Positions 17,617-25,396 of a stretch of DNA of 64,000 nt are shown here, in pieces. Made by a program: the position numbers and the translations under genes. The DNA is from a candidate division WWE3 bacterium UBA1401. Lineage in GTDB: Bacteria; Patescibacteriota; WWE3; UBA101185; UBA10185. The stretch spans positions 1,338 through 65,337 of the forward strand of contig DBQF01000003.1 of the NCBI GenBank assembly GCA_002305115.1, read 5' to 3'. The notes beneath the pieces were generated by a model that did no database searches, was not told the origin of the DNA, and was given only the letters and a program-made list of their open reading frames with translations. Each line of letters starts with the position of its first letter. The first letter of the stretch is position 1.

Positions 17617-17693
17617 TGGTGGGCTCCACAGGGCTCGAACCTGTGACCTTTCGGATGTAAACCGAATGCTCTAACCAACTGAGCTAGGAGCCC
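17617..17693 (-). tRNA. tRNA-Val (anticodon UAC), CCA encoded
   Basis: Minus strand GGGCTCCTAGCTCAGTTGGTTAGAGCATTCGGTTTACATCCGAAAGGTCACAGGTTCGAGCCCTGTGGAGCCCACCA. Full cloverleaf folded by hand. Confidence 0.9.
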
Positions 17694-17730
17694 AAGACGA
17701 TATTTGATACTTTATGAGGGCTTCATTATT

Positions 17731-17836
17731 ACCGAATGCCCTGCCTGCCGGCAGGCAGGTCTAACCAACTGCTTGCCCTTCGTAGTCCGCCGAAGCTTTA
17801 GCGTAGACGGACGAAGAAGGGAGCTAGGAGCCCAAG
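17731..17836 (-). pseudogene. tRNA-Val 5'-half pseudo-copy (positions 1-32) interrupted by a 50-nt hairpin insert and a 20-nt perfect palindrome
   Basis: Exact matches to the intact gene at 17821-17836, 17760-17770 and 17731-17739. Inserts at 17771-17820 and 17740-17759 (CCTGCCTGCCGGCAGGCAGG). No 3' half is present. Confidence 0.7.
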
Positions 17837-17877
17837 CTAACGTTGACATTTTATCAAGTATTTCAGCAAAAATCATT

Positions 17878-18393
17878 ATGGTATACAATAAAACCATGAT
17901 CAAAATCCCGGAAAAATACAGAACTGTTACCACCTTCTCCAAATGTGCGGCTTTAGCGCTGTTCGTAATGCTTCCGCTCATTGGATTTGTTGTTGGCATG
18001 AACTACCAAAAAACTTTATCCAGTGCCACTACAGCAAACACAGACTCGCCAGATATGGGATATCCAAAACAAATGATTATCGTAGATTACCCACAACCCA
18101 ACGATGTAATTTCCAACCCACTTACCGTAACGGGAAAAGCGCGTGGAAACTGGTTTTTCGAGGGAGACTTCCCTGTAACACTTTATTGCGGAACCATTGA
18201 TGGACCAATCCTTGTGCAATATTATGCCACAGCACAAGGGGAGTGGACGACGGAAGATTTTGTGGAATTCAGCTCAACACTAGAATTTCCTATGATCTGC
18301 CAAGAAACTGGGTTTTTGGAATTAAGAAGAAACAACCCCTCTGGCTTACCCAATCACAATGACAAGGTTTATATTCCAGTGAGATTTGACTAA
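17878..18393 (+). CDS. membrane-anchored Gmad2-type immunoglobulin-like domain protein
   Basis: TM anchor, then IVDYPQPNDVISNPLTVTGKARGNWFFEGDFPVTLY, typical of Gmad2 domains. Start moved to the ATG at 17878. The upstream part of the 17704 ORF is translated hairpin DNA. Confidence 0.6.
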   Translation: MVYNKTMIKIPEKYRTVTTFSKCAALALFVMLPLIGFVVGMNYQKTLSSATTANTDSPDMGYPKQMIIVDYPQPNDVISNPLTVTGKARGNWFFEGDFPVTLYCGTIDGPILVQYYATAQGEWTTEDFVEFSSTLEFPMICQETGFLELRRNNPSGLPNHNDKVYIPVRFD

Positions 18394-18449
18394 AACTAAC
18401 TAGAGCTTAAAACTTTCTAATACCTGCTTTCAAAAATAAATTCAGCAAG

Positions 18450-18467
18450 TGCTATACTTTTAGTATG
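18450..18467 (+). promoter_or_regulatory. extended -10 (TGcTATACT, hexamer 18453-18458), 6 nt, then ATG 18465
   Basis: Read directly. Leaderless layout. Confidence 0.45.
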
Positions 18468-19199
18468 ACATTTAAAAATAAAACAGCCATAGTGACCGGT
18501 GCGGGACAGGGTATAGGATTTGGCATTGCGTCCGCACTAGCCAGCCAAGGATGCAACATAGTTGTTACCGACATCAATGAGCAAACTGCCAAAGCTGCAG
18601 CTGAAGAACTCAAGGAGAGCACAGAAAATGTTCTGTACGTTGTTTGTGATGTCACCTCAGAGGCACAGACAAAAGATTTGGTATCTCAAACAGTGGAAAA
18701 ATTTGGGAGCATAGATATTTTGGTTAACAATGCTGGCATTTATCCTTTCGTGCCATTTGAGAATATGACACAGGAAGACTGGAATAAAGTGATGGACGTA
18801 AACCTTAAGGGAGTTTTTTTGTGTACACAACAAGTGCTAAAAACCATGAAAGCAGGCGGAAGAATTATCAATATCTCATCTATTGCATCAATGATAGGTT
18901 TTGAGGGATTGGTTCATTATTGCACTTCAAAAGGCGGAATTAACGCCTTTACCAGAGCGTTAGCACTGGAGCTTGCACCAAAGCAGATAACCGTTAACGC
19001 GGTAGCTCCCGGTGCCATTTCTACTCCAGGCGCTGCCATGGCAGATGATGTAAAGGAAGCAACAATTAAAGGTATTCCAGCCGGAAGATTAGGTGACCCA
19101 ATGGATATTGCGGGACTTGTAGTGTTCTTGGCATCTGATGTTGCAGGGTATATTACCGGGCAAGTTATTGCGGTAGATGGCGGTTGGACGCTTAGATAG
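18465..19199 (+). CDS. short-chain dehydrogenase/reductase (FabG-like)
   Basis: TGAGQGIG cofactor motif, NNAG, and catalytic S...YCTSK. Confidence 0.8.
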   Translation: MTFKNKTAIVTGAGQGIGFGIASALASQGCNIVVTDINEQTAKAAAEELKESTENVLYVVCDVTSEAQTKDLVSQTVEKFGSIDILVNNAGIYPFVPFENMTQEDWNKVMDVNLKGVFLCTQQVLKTMKAGGRIINISSIASMIGFEGLVHYCTSKGGINAFTRALALELAPKQITVNAVAPGAISTPGAAMADDVKEATIKGIPAGRLGDPMDIAGLVVFLASDVAGYITGQVIAVDGGWTLR

Positions 19200-19268
19200 A
19201 ACTTACTCAAATGCCGGAAAGTTTACGGTTATAACTATATGATTCTTTTTGCGAAAATTGGTTAGCTG

Positions 19269-20066
19269 ATGGACATTAATAACTACATAATAGACTGCAC
19301 AGATCTACTAGACATTGAACCGAAAATAAGAGATTTCTTCAAAGAAATTGGTAACAAACTAAAATTAATCAGAAGCTATGACAAGGATATTAGTGACATT
19401 GGGATTGCTGGGGGATTCGTACTAGATACTCTACTTAAGCTTAGCCCATCAGATATAGATCTTAAATATGCAATACGCGATAAGTTTGGAAATTTCGACA
19501 CTACGTGCAGATGTGACTATATTAAAACACTTGTAAACAAAACAGGTTTATCTAAATACGAAATTGATTTAGGAAACATTAAGGAAAATAATAATCATAT
19601 TTTTTCATCAGTCAAAGATAAGCATCTGGGAATTTTCTCTCATCATCCCGAATATATCTCTCAATTTACGCTTGATGAAGACGGAAGAATTTGGGGGAAC
19701 AGAGACTCACTAAATGATTATATTAATAAAGTTTATAATCCTCGAATAGAAGGATTACTAGCTTGGGTAACTCACGAGGGTAAGTCATACCACGAGGCTC
19801 TTGCACTTTTTCTAATAAGGGGATTTGGATACATTCGTAAGCGTGAATTAAGCATGGGGGATAGATTTAGATACTATCTGGAACGAGCACCTGAAATATT
19901 TAATATTTACTCAGGAGAAAAGCATGATCAGGAACGCATAGTTAAGTACTTTAACAAAAAGGTGGGTTCAATTGAAAATCTCTCGGACATGCTTGTGAAG
20001 CACGCAATTTATAACAAAGAAATTATTTTGGAACCAATTGCTAATTGGCTAAGGGTACACAACTAG
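19269..20066 (+). CDS. divergent nucleotidyltransferase resembling the CCA-adding/poly(A) polymerase head domain (tentative)
   Basis: IAGGFVLDTLLKLSPSDIDLKY resembles GG.VRD.LLG....DID. The later ALFLIRGFGYIRKREL resembles the LR.LRA.RF helix. At 265 aa it is much shorter than class II CCA enzymes. Confidence 0.35.
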   Translation: MDINNYIIDCTDLLDIEPKIRDFFKEIGNKLKLIRSYDKDISDIGIAGGFVLDTLLKLSPSDIDLKYAIRDKFGNFDTTCRCDYIKTLVNKTGLSKYEIDLGNIKENNNHIFSSVKDKHLGIFSHHPEYISQFTLDEDGRIWGNRDSLNDYINKVYNPRIEGLLAWVTHEGKSYHEALALFLIRGFGYIRKRELSMGDRFRYYLERAPEIFNIYSGEKHDQERIVKYFNKKVGSIENLSDMLVKHAIYNKEIILEPIANWLRVHN

Positions 20067-20075
20067 GGTTTTAGT

Positions 20076-20855
20076 ATGCTTATATCTTTATTAGTATCAT
20101 TACCCAGAGAATCCAGATACTTCTTTGAACAGCTAAATTTTAAAGAAGAACAAAAGGCCAATAGGGTATTTTACACAGCCAAATATAGGGAACATGAAAT
20201 TATTTTGCTCCATACCCATTGTGGGCCTGTAAACGCAGCAGCTTGTACCGAAGCAATTATCCAAAATTACCAGCCAGATATAATTATTAAAACGGGAAGT
20301 GGCGGCGCACATAGACCAGAACTTTTGCCAGGAGATGTTTTAATTGGCACAAATTTCAGAATAATGTATAACCCCGCAGAGTTTGCAGATACGCTAGATC
20401 ACGCAAAAATGCCTAAATTGATAAGATTTTATAAGTATCAGGAAGATGTTAAGTTTGATGAACTTACAACGTCTGCAGAATTAACTGCTCTACTTGATAA
20501 ATTAACTGCAACTAAACTAGGACCTATATACACGCAGGATAATTGGCACACTGATACTAAATACAGGAACCCAATTATCAAGGTTGGAACTGTCGGCTCA
20601 AATGAAGCCTGGACGACTGACGCTGGCTTGATATCTAGGAAGCGTGCGTTGTTTGGGCAGGATGTGGAAGATAAGGAAAGTGCTTATATTGCGCAAGTTT
20701 GTAAGCTGCATAAAGTACCTTTTTTGGCATTTATTGGGGTTTCTGATAATGAGTTGATCTTTAAACAGACAAATCGGGATGCTATTAGACAGGCTATTGA
20801 AGATGCAAGCAGAAACGCTGCACTAGTAACATTGGAGTTTATAAAAGCATTATGA
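20076..20855 (+). CDS. nucleoside phosphorylase superfamily protein (MTA/SAH nucleosidase Pfs-like)
   Basis: CGPVNAAACTEAIIQNYQPDIIIKTGSGGA, GDVLIG, VEDKESAYIAQVCKLHKVPFLAFIGVSDNE. These parallel the Pfs motifs GKVNAA / TGSAGG / EMEaAAiAqVC / R.ISD. Confidence 0.65.
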   Translation: MLISLLVSLPRESRYFFEQLNFKEEQKANRVFYTAKYREHEIILLHTHCGPVNAAACTEAIIQNYQPDIIIKTGSGGAHRPELLPGDVLIGTNFRIMYNPAEFADTLDHAKMPKLIRFYKYQEDVKFDELTTSAELTALLDKLTATKLGPIYTQDNWHTDTKYRNPIIKVGTVGSNEAWTTDAGLISRKRALFGQDVEDKESAYIAQVCKLHKVPFLAFIGVSDNELIFKQTNRDAIRQAIEDASRNAALVTLEFIKAL

Positions 20856-21505
20856 AACTATTTGTTTGGGATTTTCACGGGGTACTCGAACAAGGCAACG
20901 ACAACGCTGTCCTGGAAATATCAAACCGCGTTCTCAGGGAATTTGGCTATACAATACAATTCACCAGCCAAGAATGCACCAACCTCTCTGGCCTAAAATG
21001 GCACGAATACTTCCAGTACCTCCTACCAGACGAACCACACATCAACCATATTTACTTGCAGGAACGCTGCTTTGAGCTGGCAGAATGCGAACCAGAAATA
21101 ATAGCAAAGCACATCAAGCCTAATGACAATGCGTACGCGGTTCTACATACAATAGAAGAAAGCGGTCACTCCCAGATAGTAATTTCAAACACAAAACCAA
21201 ATGCACTTACCATGTTCCTGAAAGTAACAGGGCTAGACACTTTTTTCTCCGAGCGGCATGCATTTGCCGCGGATGCGCACAAAACCAATATTCGTAAAAC
21301 TAAAAAAGATATCTTAAAAGAATATATTCAAGACAAAAAATTTGACAGCTTTGTAATAGTGGGTGACAGCCCTAGTGATATAGAATTGGGAACTATTGTA
21401 AACGGCACTACTTATCTTTACGCGCATAATACAAGGGAATTTAAAGATTGTGCAGCCCATTATAAGATCAGGAATTTGTTGGAAGTTTTAAAAGAATTAA
21501 CATAA
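20852..21505 (+). CDS. HAD-superfamily hydrolase with atypical motif I (D-F-H instead of D-x-D)
   Basis: FVWDFHGVL (motif I), ISNT (II), Lys-rich region (III), VGDSPSDIELG (IV). ATGA overlap with the upstream gene. Confidence 0.65.
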   Translation: MKLFVWDFHGVLEQGNDNAVLEISNRVLREFGYTIQFTSQECTNLSGLKWHEYFQYLLPDEPHINHIYLQERCFELAECEPEIIAKHIKPNDNAYAVLHTIEESGHSQIVISNTKPNALTMFLKVTGLDTFFSERHAFAADAHKTNIRKTKKDILKEYIQDKKFDSFVIVGDSPSDIELGTIVNGTTYLYAHNTREFKDCAAHYKIRNLLEVLKELT

Positions 21506-21594
21506 AGCCGAGTAGAGATCTTGCAACATGGGTTGCGATATAGGCTATCATGCGTTCAACTGAACATAATGTTTAAATTAATAAGCAAACGACA

Positions 21595-23307
21595 TTAATG
21601 TAGACCTCGCTTCTTTTCTTTTATAAAACTGCGCCAACCTTCCAAAAAACTCATAAAAACAGAAAACGGATAATCAACCAGCGCCCCAAACAAAATACTA
21701 ATAACATTGTATTCCTTCCATTTTGTTGATAACCACAACCCTAGCCTCGCCATTGGAGTAGAAAACGGCTCAATAAGAACATCCAGTACATTCTCCCTGT
21801 CAAGCATAGTAAGCTCGTTAGCACGCTGTTTAATAAGCATAGCAGCAAAAACTACCATAGCAACATTCGCGGTGTTAATGTACAAAGAAGTCCAAGGAAC
21901 ATTTGCCAATTTAAAAATCCAATAAATAAAATACAAAGCCACTAGCCCTCCCGCAACGTAAGCTACTGTGAAAATAAAAGTTTGAACCTTTGCAGCTCTT
22001 TTTTCCAGAAACAACTCATAAACCTCAAGAGCTGATGAAGCCAAAACAACACTACTTACAGCATTCTTCAATGCCACCAGATTATCCTTTGAAGGCAATC
22101 TTATAATACTTACAAGCAAAAACATAAGCACTGTAGGAATAGCTAGGTCTGCAACAATGGCCCACGGGCTAAAGTAACCGCGTACTAGGCTGGCAATTGG
22201 TATTTCAAATAACAATAAACTTGCGGCACCTGCCACAAAAATAGACAGAGTAGAGAAAACGGCAATTCCATAAAGCCGCTTTCTAAGTGTGGCCAGCCTC
22301 TCGGAGTAGACTTCTTCAACAGTAGCAAGTAATTGCGGAATAACCTCAACACTTTCTGTTAACATATGTTGGTCTTGCCAAAGCCTATCCATAGCATCTC
22401 CCAAGAGCAAGTATGCAGCGTCGTACTTTTCAGCAACAGCATAAAATTCGGAGGCACTTGAGGATTTCAAGTCAGCAGTAAGTTCTTCACAAATAGTACG
22501 CACATCAAGATTTGTAGCGTTTAGGCCAAAAAAGTCTGGGTACTTCACACGCATAAGGTCAAATGTGATTGTCGGGTAGTCACATTTAAACAGCGCTTTT
22601 CTGACCGCAATAAGCATCTGAATCCTTTTGGCTTCGGTACTAAGCTTACCTTCAGGTCTAACCTGAATCATCCGATCAAGGTTCGTTACCATTAGCTCAA
22701 GCAAAGCATATTCTTTATGCGAAGGCACAAGTACATACTCTAGTTCACATGAGGCTAGCTCAAGTAACCATCTGTAGAAGCTCATCTGCCTTTTTATTTG
22801 GGTTCTACGTTCTTTTCCAGGCGCAGCTTCTTCACCTAAACGGTTGCTGTTTAAAATTGCTACATACTTCTCCAAAACTGCCTGTACAGTTGCTATCTTA
22901 GCTCTTGGGATGCTGCCATTTTTAAAATACCCGCCTAAAATCAGTTCATGTACAAGAGATTCGGCAGTGGCCGCAGTATCAATGGTAGGAGAAATGCTAA
23001 TCCCGTAAATCTTATTAACGAATTTGCGTCTTAGGATGCGCTCAATAACACTTCGTCTGACCAAGTGTTCTTCTTTCCAATCGATGATTCTGCGCAGTGC
23101 CTCGTAAGCTTTAGCTACTTTTGAAACTATCGCGTCAACGTAGACAGGGCTGGCAACGGGTTTTTCTTCTGCCAGAGAAGCTTTTTTGTAAGCAGCAACA
23201 TATTGAACAAATGCTTCAGAAAGTTTGGATCTATTATTGTGTGACGTGTTTTCTAGAGGAATAACACCTTTCATTCTAGTATTATACCGTTTTTTTATTG
23301 CAGCCAT
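21595..23307 (-). CDS. large membrane protein (about 340-aa soluble N-terminal part plus about 6 C-terminal TM helices), function unknown
   Basis: Long uninterrupted ORF with coding-like composition. No motif recognised. Confidence 0.5.
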   Translation of the reverse strand: MAAIKKRYNTRMKGVIPLENTSHNNRSKLSEAFVQYVAAYKKASLAEEKPVASPVYVDAIVSKVAKAYEALRRIIDWKEEHLVRRSVIERILRRKFVNKIYGISISPTIDTAATAESLVHELILGGYFKNGSIPRAKIATVQAVLEKYVAILNSNRLGEEAAPGKERRTQIKRQMSFYRWLLELASCELEYVLVPSHKEYALLELMVTNLDRMIQVRPEGKLSTEAKRIQMLIAVRKALFKCDYPTITFDLMRVKYPDFFGLNATNLDVRTICEELTADLKSSSASEFYAVAEKYDAAYLLLGDAMDRLWQDQHMLTESVEVIPQLLATVEEVYSERLATLRKRLYGIAVFSTLSIFVAGAASLLLFEIPIASLVRGYFSPWAIVADLAIPTVLMFLLVSIIRLPSKDNLVALKNAVSSVVLASSALEVYELFLEKRAAKVQTFIFTVAYVAGGLVALYFIYWIFKLANVPWTSLYINTANVAMVVFAAMLIKQRANELTMLDRENVLDVLIEPFSTPMARLGLWLSTKWKEYNVISILFGALVDYPFSVFMSFLEGWRSFIKEKKRGLH

Positions 23308-23344
23308 GACTCATAGAAAATAAGTGACTAGTGCATTAAGCGAA

Positions 23345-23386
23345 AAGCCGCCTTAGGTATGTGGGGTTCACACCATAAGACGGCTT
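23345..23386 (-). terminator. rho-independent terminator of the GC-rich gene
   Basis: Minus strand AAGCCGTCTTATGGTGTG-AACCC-CACATACCTAAGGCGGCTT (imperfect long stem), followed by TTTCGCTT. Confidence 0.55.
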
Positions 23387-23391
23387 TACAG

Positions 23392-24357
23392 TTATCTCTG
23401 CAGCAGGTTCTGCAACATGATGCAGAGGTTTCGGAACGAGATTTCAAGAGTGTCCTCTGGCCGGTCAGTGTAGTAGTCTGCAGGACCAGAGCTCTCAAGC
23501 ACAAACGTCACACCTCGGCCATGGCGCAATCTCAGAATGTACCGAAGTACCTCTTCTGTTGCGGCATCGTCGGGGAAGATTGGGCTATGCTCGGCAATTA
23601 GAACGTCGCCTTCTGGGCTAGTAACCAATTCCCGAGTCTCAAACCCGTTTCCAACAATGTGGTAGACATCAGCATCTAGCAGTCCAAGTTGCCCCCTGAT
23701 GTCAGCAACCTCTAAGTCTCCTAGATCAACAAGTGTTTGCAGTGCAAACACTAGATGCTCGATATCAACCACGATCCCACAACCAGTGGCACCCACACTA
23801 GCGAGAATGTCGATTGCCAAAGTGCCAATCCGAAGGTCTAAATGGGTTGGGGGAACCCACTTTCCATCTACCAGAAACTGGTTGGAAAGTGACACATTTT
23901 CCAACCTGACTGGGATTCCCATACCCATCAGATCGCGGATCATATCTACCGTGCGATCGAGTGCTGCAGCGTAATCTTCCATGGTTCCCTTGTACAGAAA
24001 ACTATCGGAAGCGTATGGCGTGTACGTCCTGCCAGCTTCTACACTGGGACCATGAAGAACCACATACTGAGGTGCGTTTGCACTTCTACAAATCCGAGCA
24101 ACTGCTTTTACCAATTCCCTGGGTCCTTGCATTCCTGCAAGCCAGTTATTGGCAAACTGATTGGGCAGATGGATTCCATACGGAATGCCCATGCTACGTA
24201 GAAGATCCACTACTTCTACCAGATCTGGTAAATCTTTGTACTGGATCTTCAACTCAAATCCAAATACAAAAAATCTTAGGAGGTCTAGTGTCCTAAACCA
24301 CCCACTACGCTCTTCTACTTCCCGCAGCCCTGCAGGAAGAAAAACCTGAACCTTCAT
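23392..24357 (-). CDS. orphan TIM-barrel-like protein (xylose-isomerase-like / DUF692-like motif series), encoded by a roughly 50% GC gene
   Basis: Ordered motifs YGIHLP, VVLHGPSVEAG, ASDSFLY, VRLENVS, VVDIEHL, VYHIVGNG, IAEHSP, FVLES. AAGGAGG SD. Sampled lines count 30/60 G+C. Confidence 0.45.
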   Translation of the reverse strand: MKVQVFLPAGLREVEERSGWFRTLDLLRFFVFGFELKIQYKDLPDLVEVVDLLRSMGIPYGIHLPNQFANNWLAGMQGPRELVKAVARICRSANAPQYVVLHGPSVEAGRTYTPYASDSFLYKGTMEDYAAALDRTVDMIRDLMGMGIPVRLENVSLSNQFLVDGKWVPPTHLDLRIGTLAIDILASVGATGCGIVVDIEHLVFALQTLVDLGDLEVADIRGQLGLLDADVYHIVGNGFETRELVTSPEGDVLIAEHSPIFPDDAATEEVLRYILRLRHGRGVTFVLESSGPADYYTDRPEDTLEISFRNLCIMLQNLLQR

Positions 24358-24407
24358 CTTCTCCCTCCTTCAGGGATTATTGGCTAGACATTAACCTCTA
24401 GTATTGC

Positions 24408-24416
24408 ATTATACCA
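24408..24416 (-). promoter_or_regulatory. extended -10 TGGTATAAT for the GC-rich gene, overlapping the GIY-YIG stop codon
   Basis: The revcomp of attatacca at 24408-24416 lies about 45 nt upstream of the ATG at 24357. Confidence 0.4.
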
Positions 24417-24660
24417 AACTTTGGATAAGCTGCTCTTTCTCCTGCCTGGAAAGCTGCTTGATTTCAAACTCACGCTTAAGTGCCAGAGACCTAGAAGATA
24501 CAATTTCCGAATAAACCAACTTTACAGGTCTGCGTGCTTTGATATATTTTGCTCCAACCTTTGCATTATTATGTTCCTCAATTCTGGACACTAAGTTCTT
24601 AGTGTAACCGCAGTAATAAGTTCTATCAGCACATTCAACTATGTATACATAATAGTTCAT
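24409..24660 (-). CDS. GIY-YIG nuclease superfamily protein (stand-alone, UPF0213/YhbQ-like)
   Basis: YVYIVECADRTYYCGYTKNLVSRIEEHN gives the GIY-YIG core. 83 aa. TATAAT (revcomp of 24667-24672) plus 6 nt precede the ATG. Confidence 0.8.
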   Translation of the reverse strand: MNYYVYIVECADRTYYCGYTKNLVSRIEEHNNAKVGAKYIKARRPVKLVYSEIVSSRSLALKREFEIKQLSRQEKEQLIQSLV

Positions 24661-24759
24661 ATATCAATTATATGATGAAACATTGACAGTTTTAATGGTT
24701 CTATTAGTTCTATAGAGAGTGTAAGTGAAGTTGAAGATAGGTTTTGATAGAATTCGGAA

Positions 24760-25247
24760 ATGGGAACTTCAACTATTTTCTTGGATGAATCTGGTAGACC
24801 AGAGGTGTATTCAGCTAAAGGCATAAATCTAGTTCATAACAGAACCGCTTCAAAGTACCTTGTAATTGCAGCTGTACGAACAAATAATCATCTAGAGCTG
24901 TTGCAACAAGGCACTGAGTTCAAAAATGAGCTTCTTAATTTTCAAGAAAGGACAGTAAATTAAAGCTAAGAACTGAAATGCAGGCAGAGGTTGATCGCTT
25001 AAGACTAGAGTTCCTCGGGAGTCACCCCGCATTACAGCAAGATGTTCAAGTAAGCTATCAGCATAATCCTCACTATACACATACAGGGTTACAAATAGCA
25101 GATTATGTAGCATATTCAGTTTTTCAACACTTCGAATTTGGAAAGCACTGCTATCTTGAATTAATAAAGAACAAAATCGGACACATACACGATATTTGCA
25201 ACAAAAAACACTTCACTCGTAGCAACCCGCTTCAACTATCCCAGTAG
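24760..25247 (+). pseudogene. DUF3800-family gene, frameshifted and shortened
   Basis: The N-terminal FLDESG motif ORF (24760-24963) and the C-terminal GLQIADYVAYSV motif ORF (24978-25247) lie in different frames. An intact paralog is at 31958-32746. Confidence 0.5.
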
Positions 25248-25396
25248 GGAAGTGCGAACTTCGCACGTATCATTAAGCGAACTGCTACAAATGAAGTGTT
25301 GTTACCCTAGCCCGTGTGCTATGTGTATAGGATACGGGGTAAATCTTGATTTGTCAAAGATATGTAACTTTAAAACCACAGTTGTGCACCCAGGTC

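Noticed and set aside
17704-17877. N-terminal 58 codons of the track ORF 17704-18393 (…ECPACRQAGLTNCLPFVVRRSFSVDGRRRELGAQ…), which look like a Cys/Arg-rich domain
   Set aside because: This stretch is the translation of the tRNA-Val pseudo-copy and its GC-rich palindromes. A normal start (ATG 17878) followed by a TM anchor lies downstream.
16950-18400. Integrated mobile element or prophage at the tRNA-Gln/tRNA-Val locus
   Set aside because: There is no integrase, no phage genes and no 3'-end tRNA direct repeat. The duplicated segment is the 5' half, and only about 40 nt separate it from the intact gene.
20866-21075. Internal alternative-frame ORF (Arg/Pro/Gln-rich) inside the HAD gene
   Set aside because: It shares a strand with a motif-bearing frame, has a low-complexity composition and has no independent signals.
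23699-24349. Long plus-strand ORFs (23699-23974, 23961-24296, 24161-24349) inside GC island 1, and similarly 51476-51781 and 51905-52339 in island 2
   Set aside because: They are antisense to much longer ORFs that carry motifs, an SD and terminators. Stop codons are rare in 50% GC DNA, so such ORFs are expected by chance. Their translations are Ser/Arg/Pro-rich and low in complexity.
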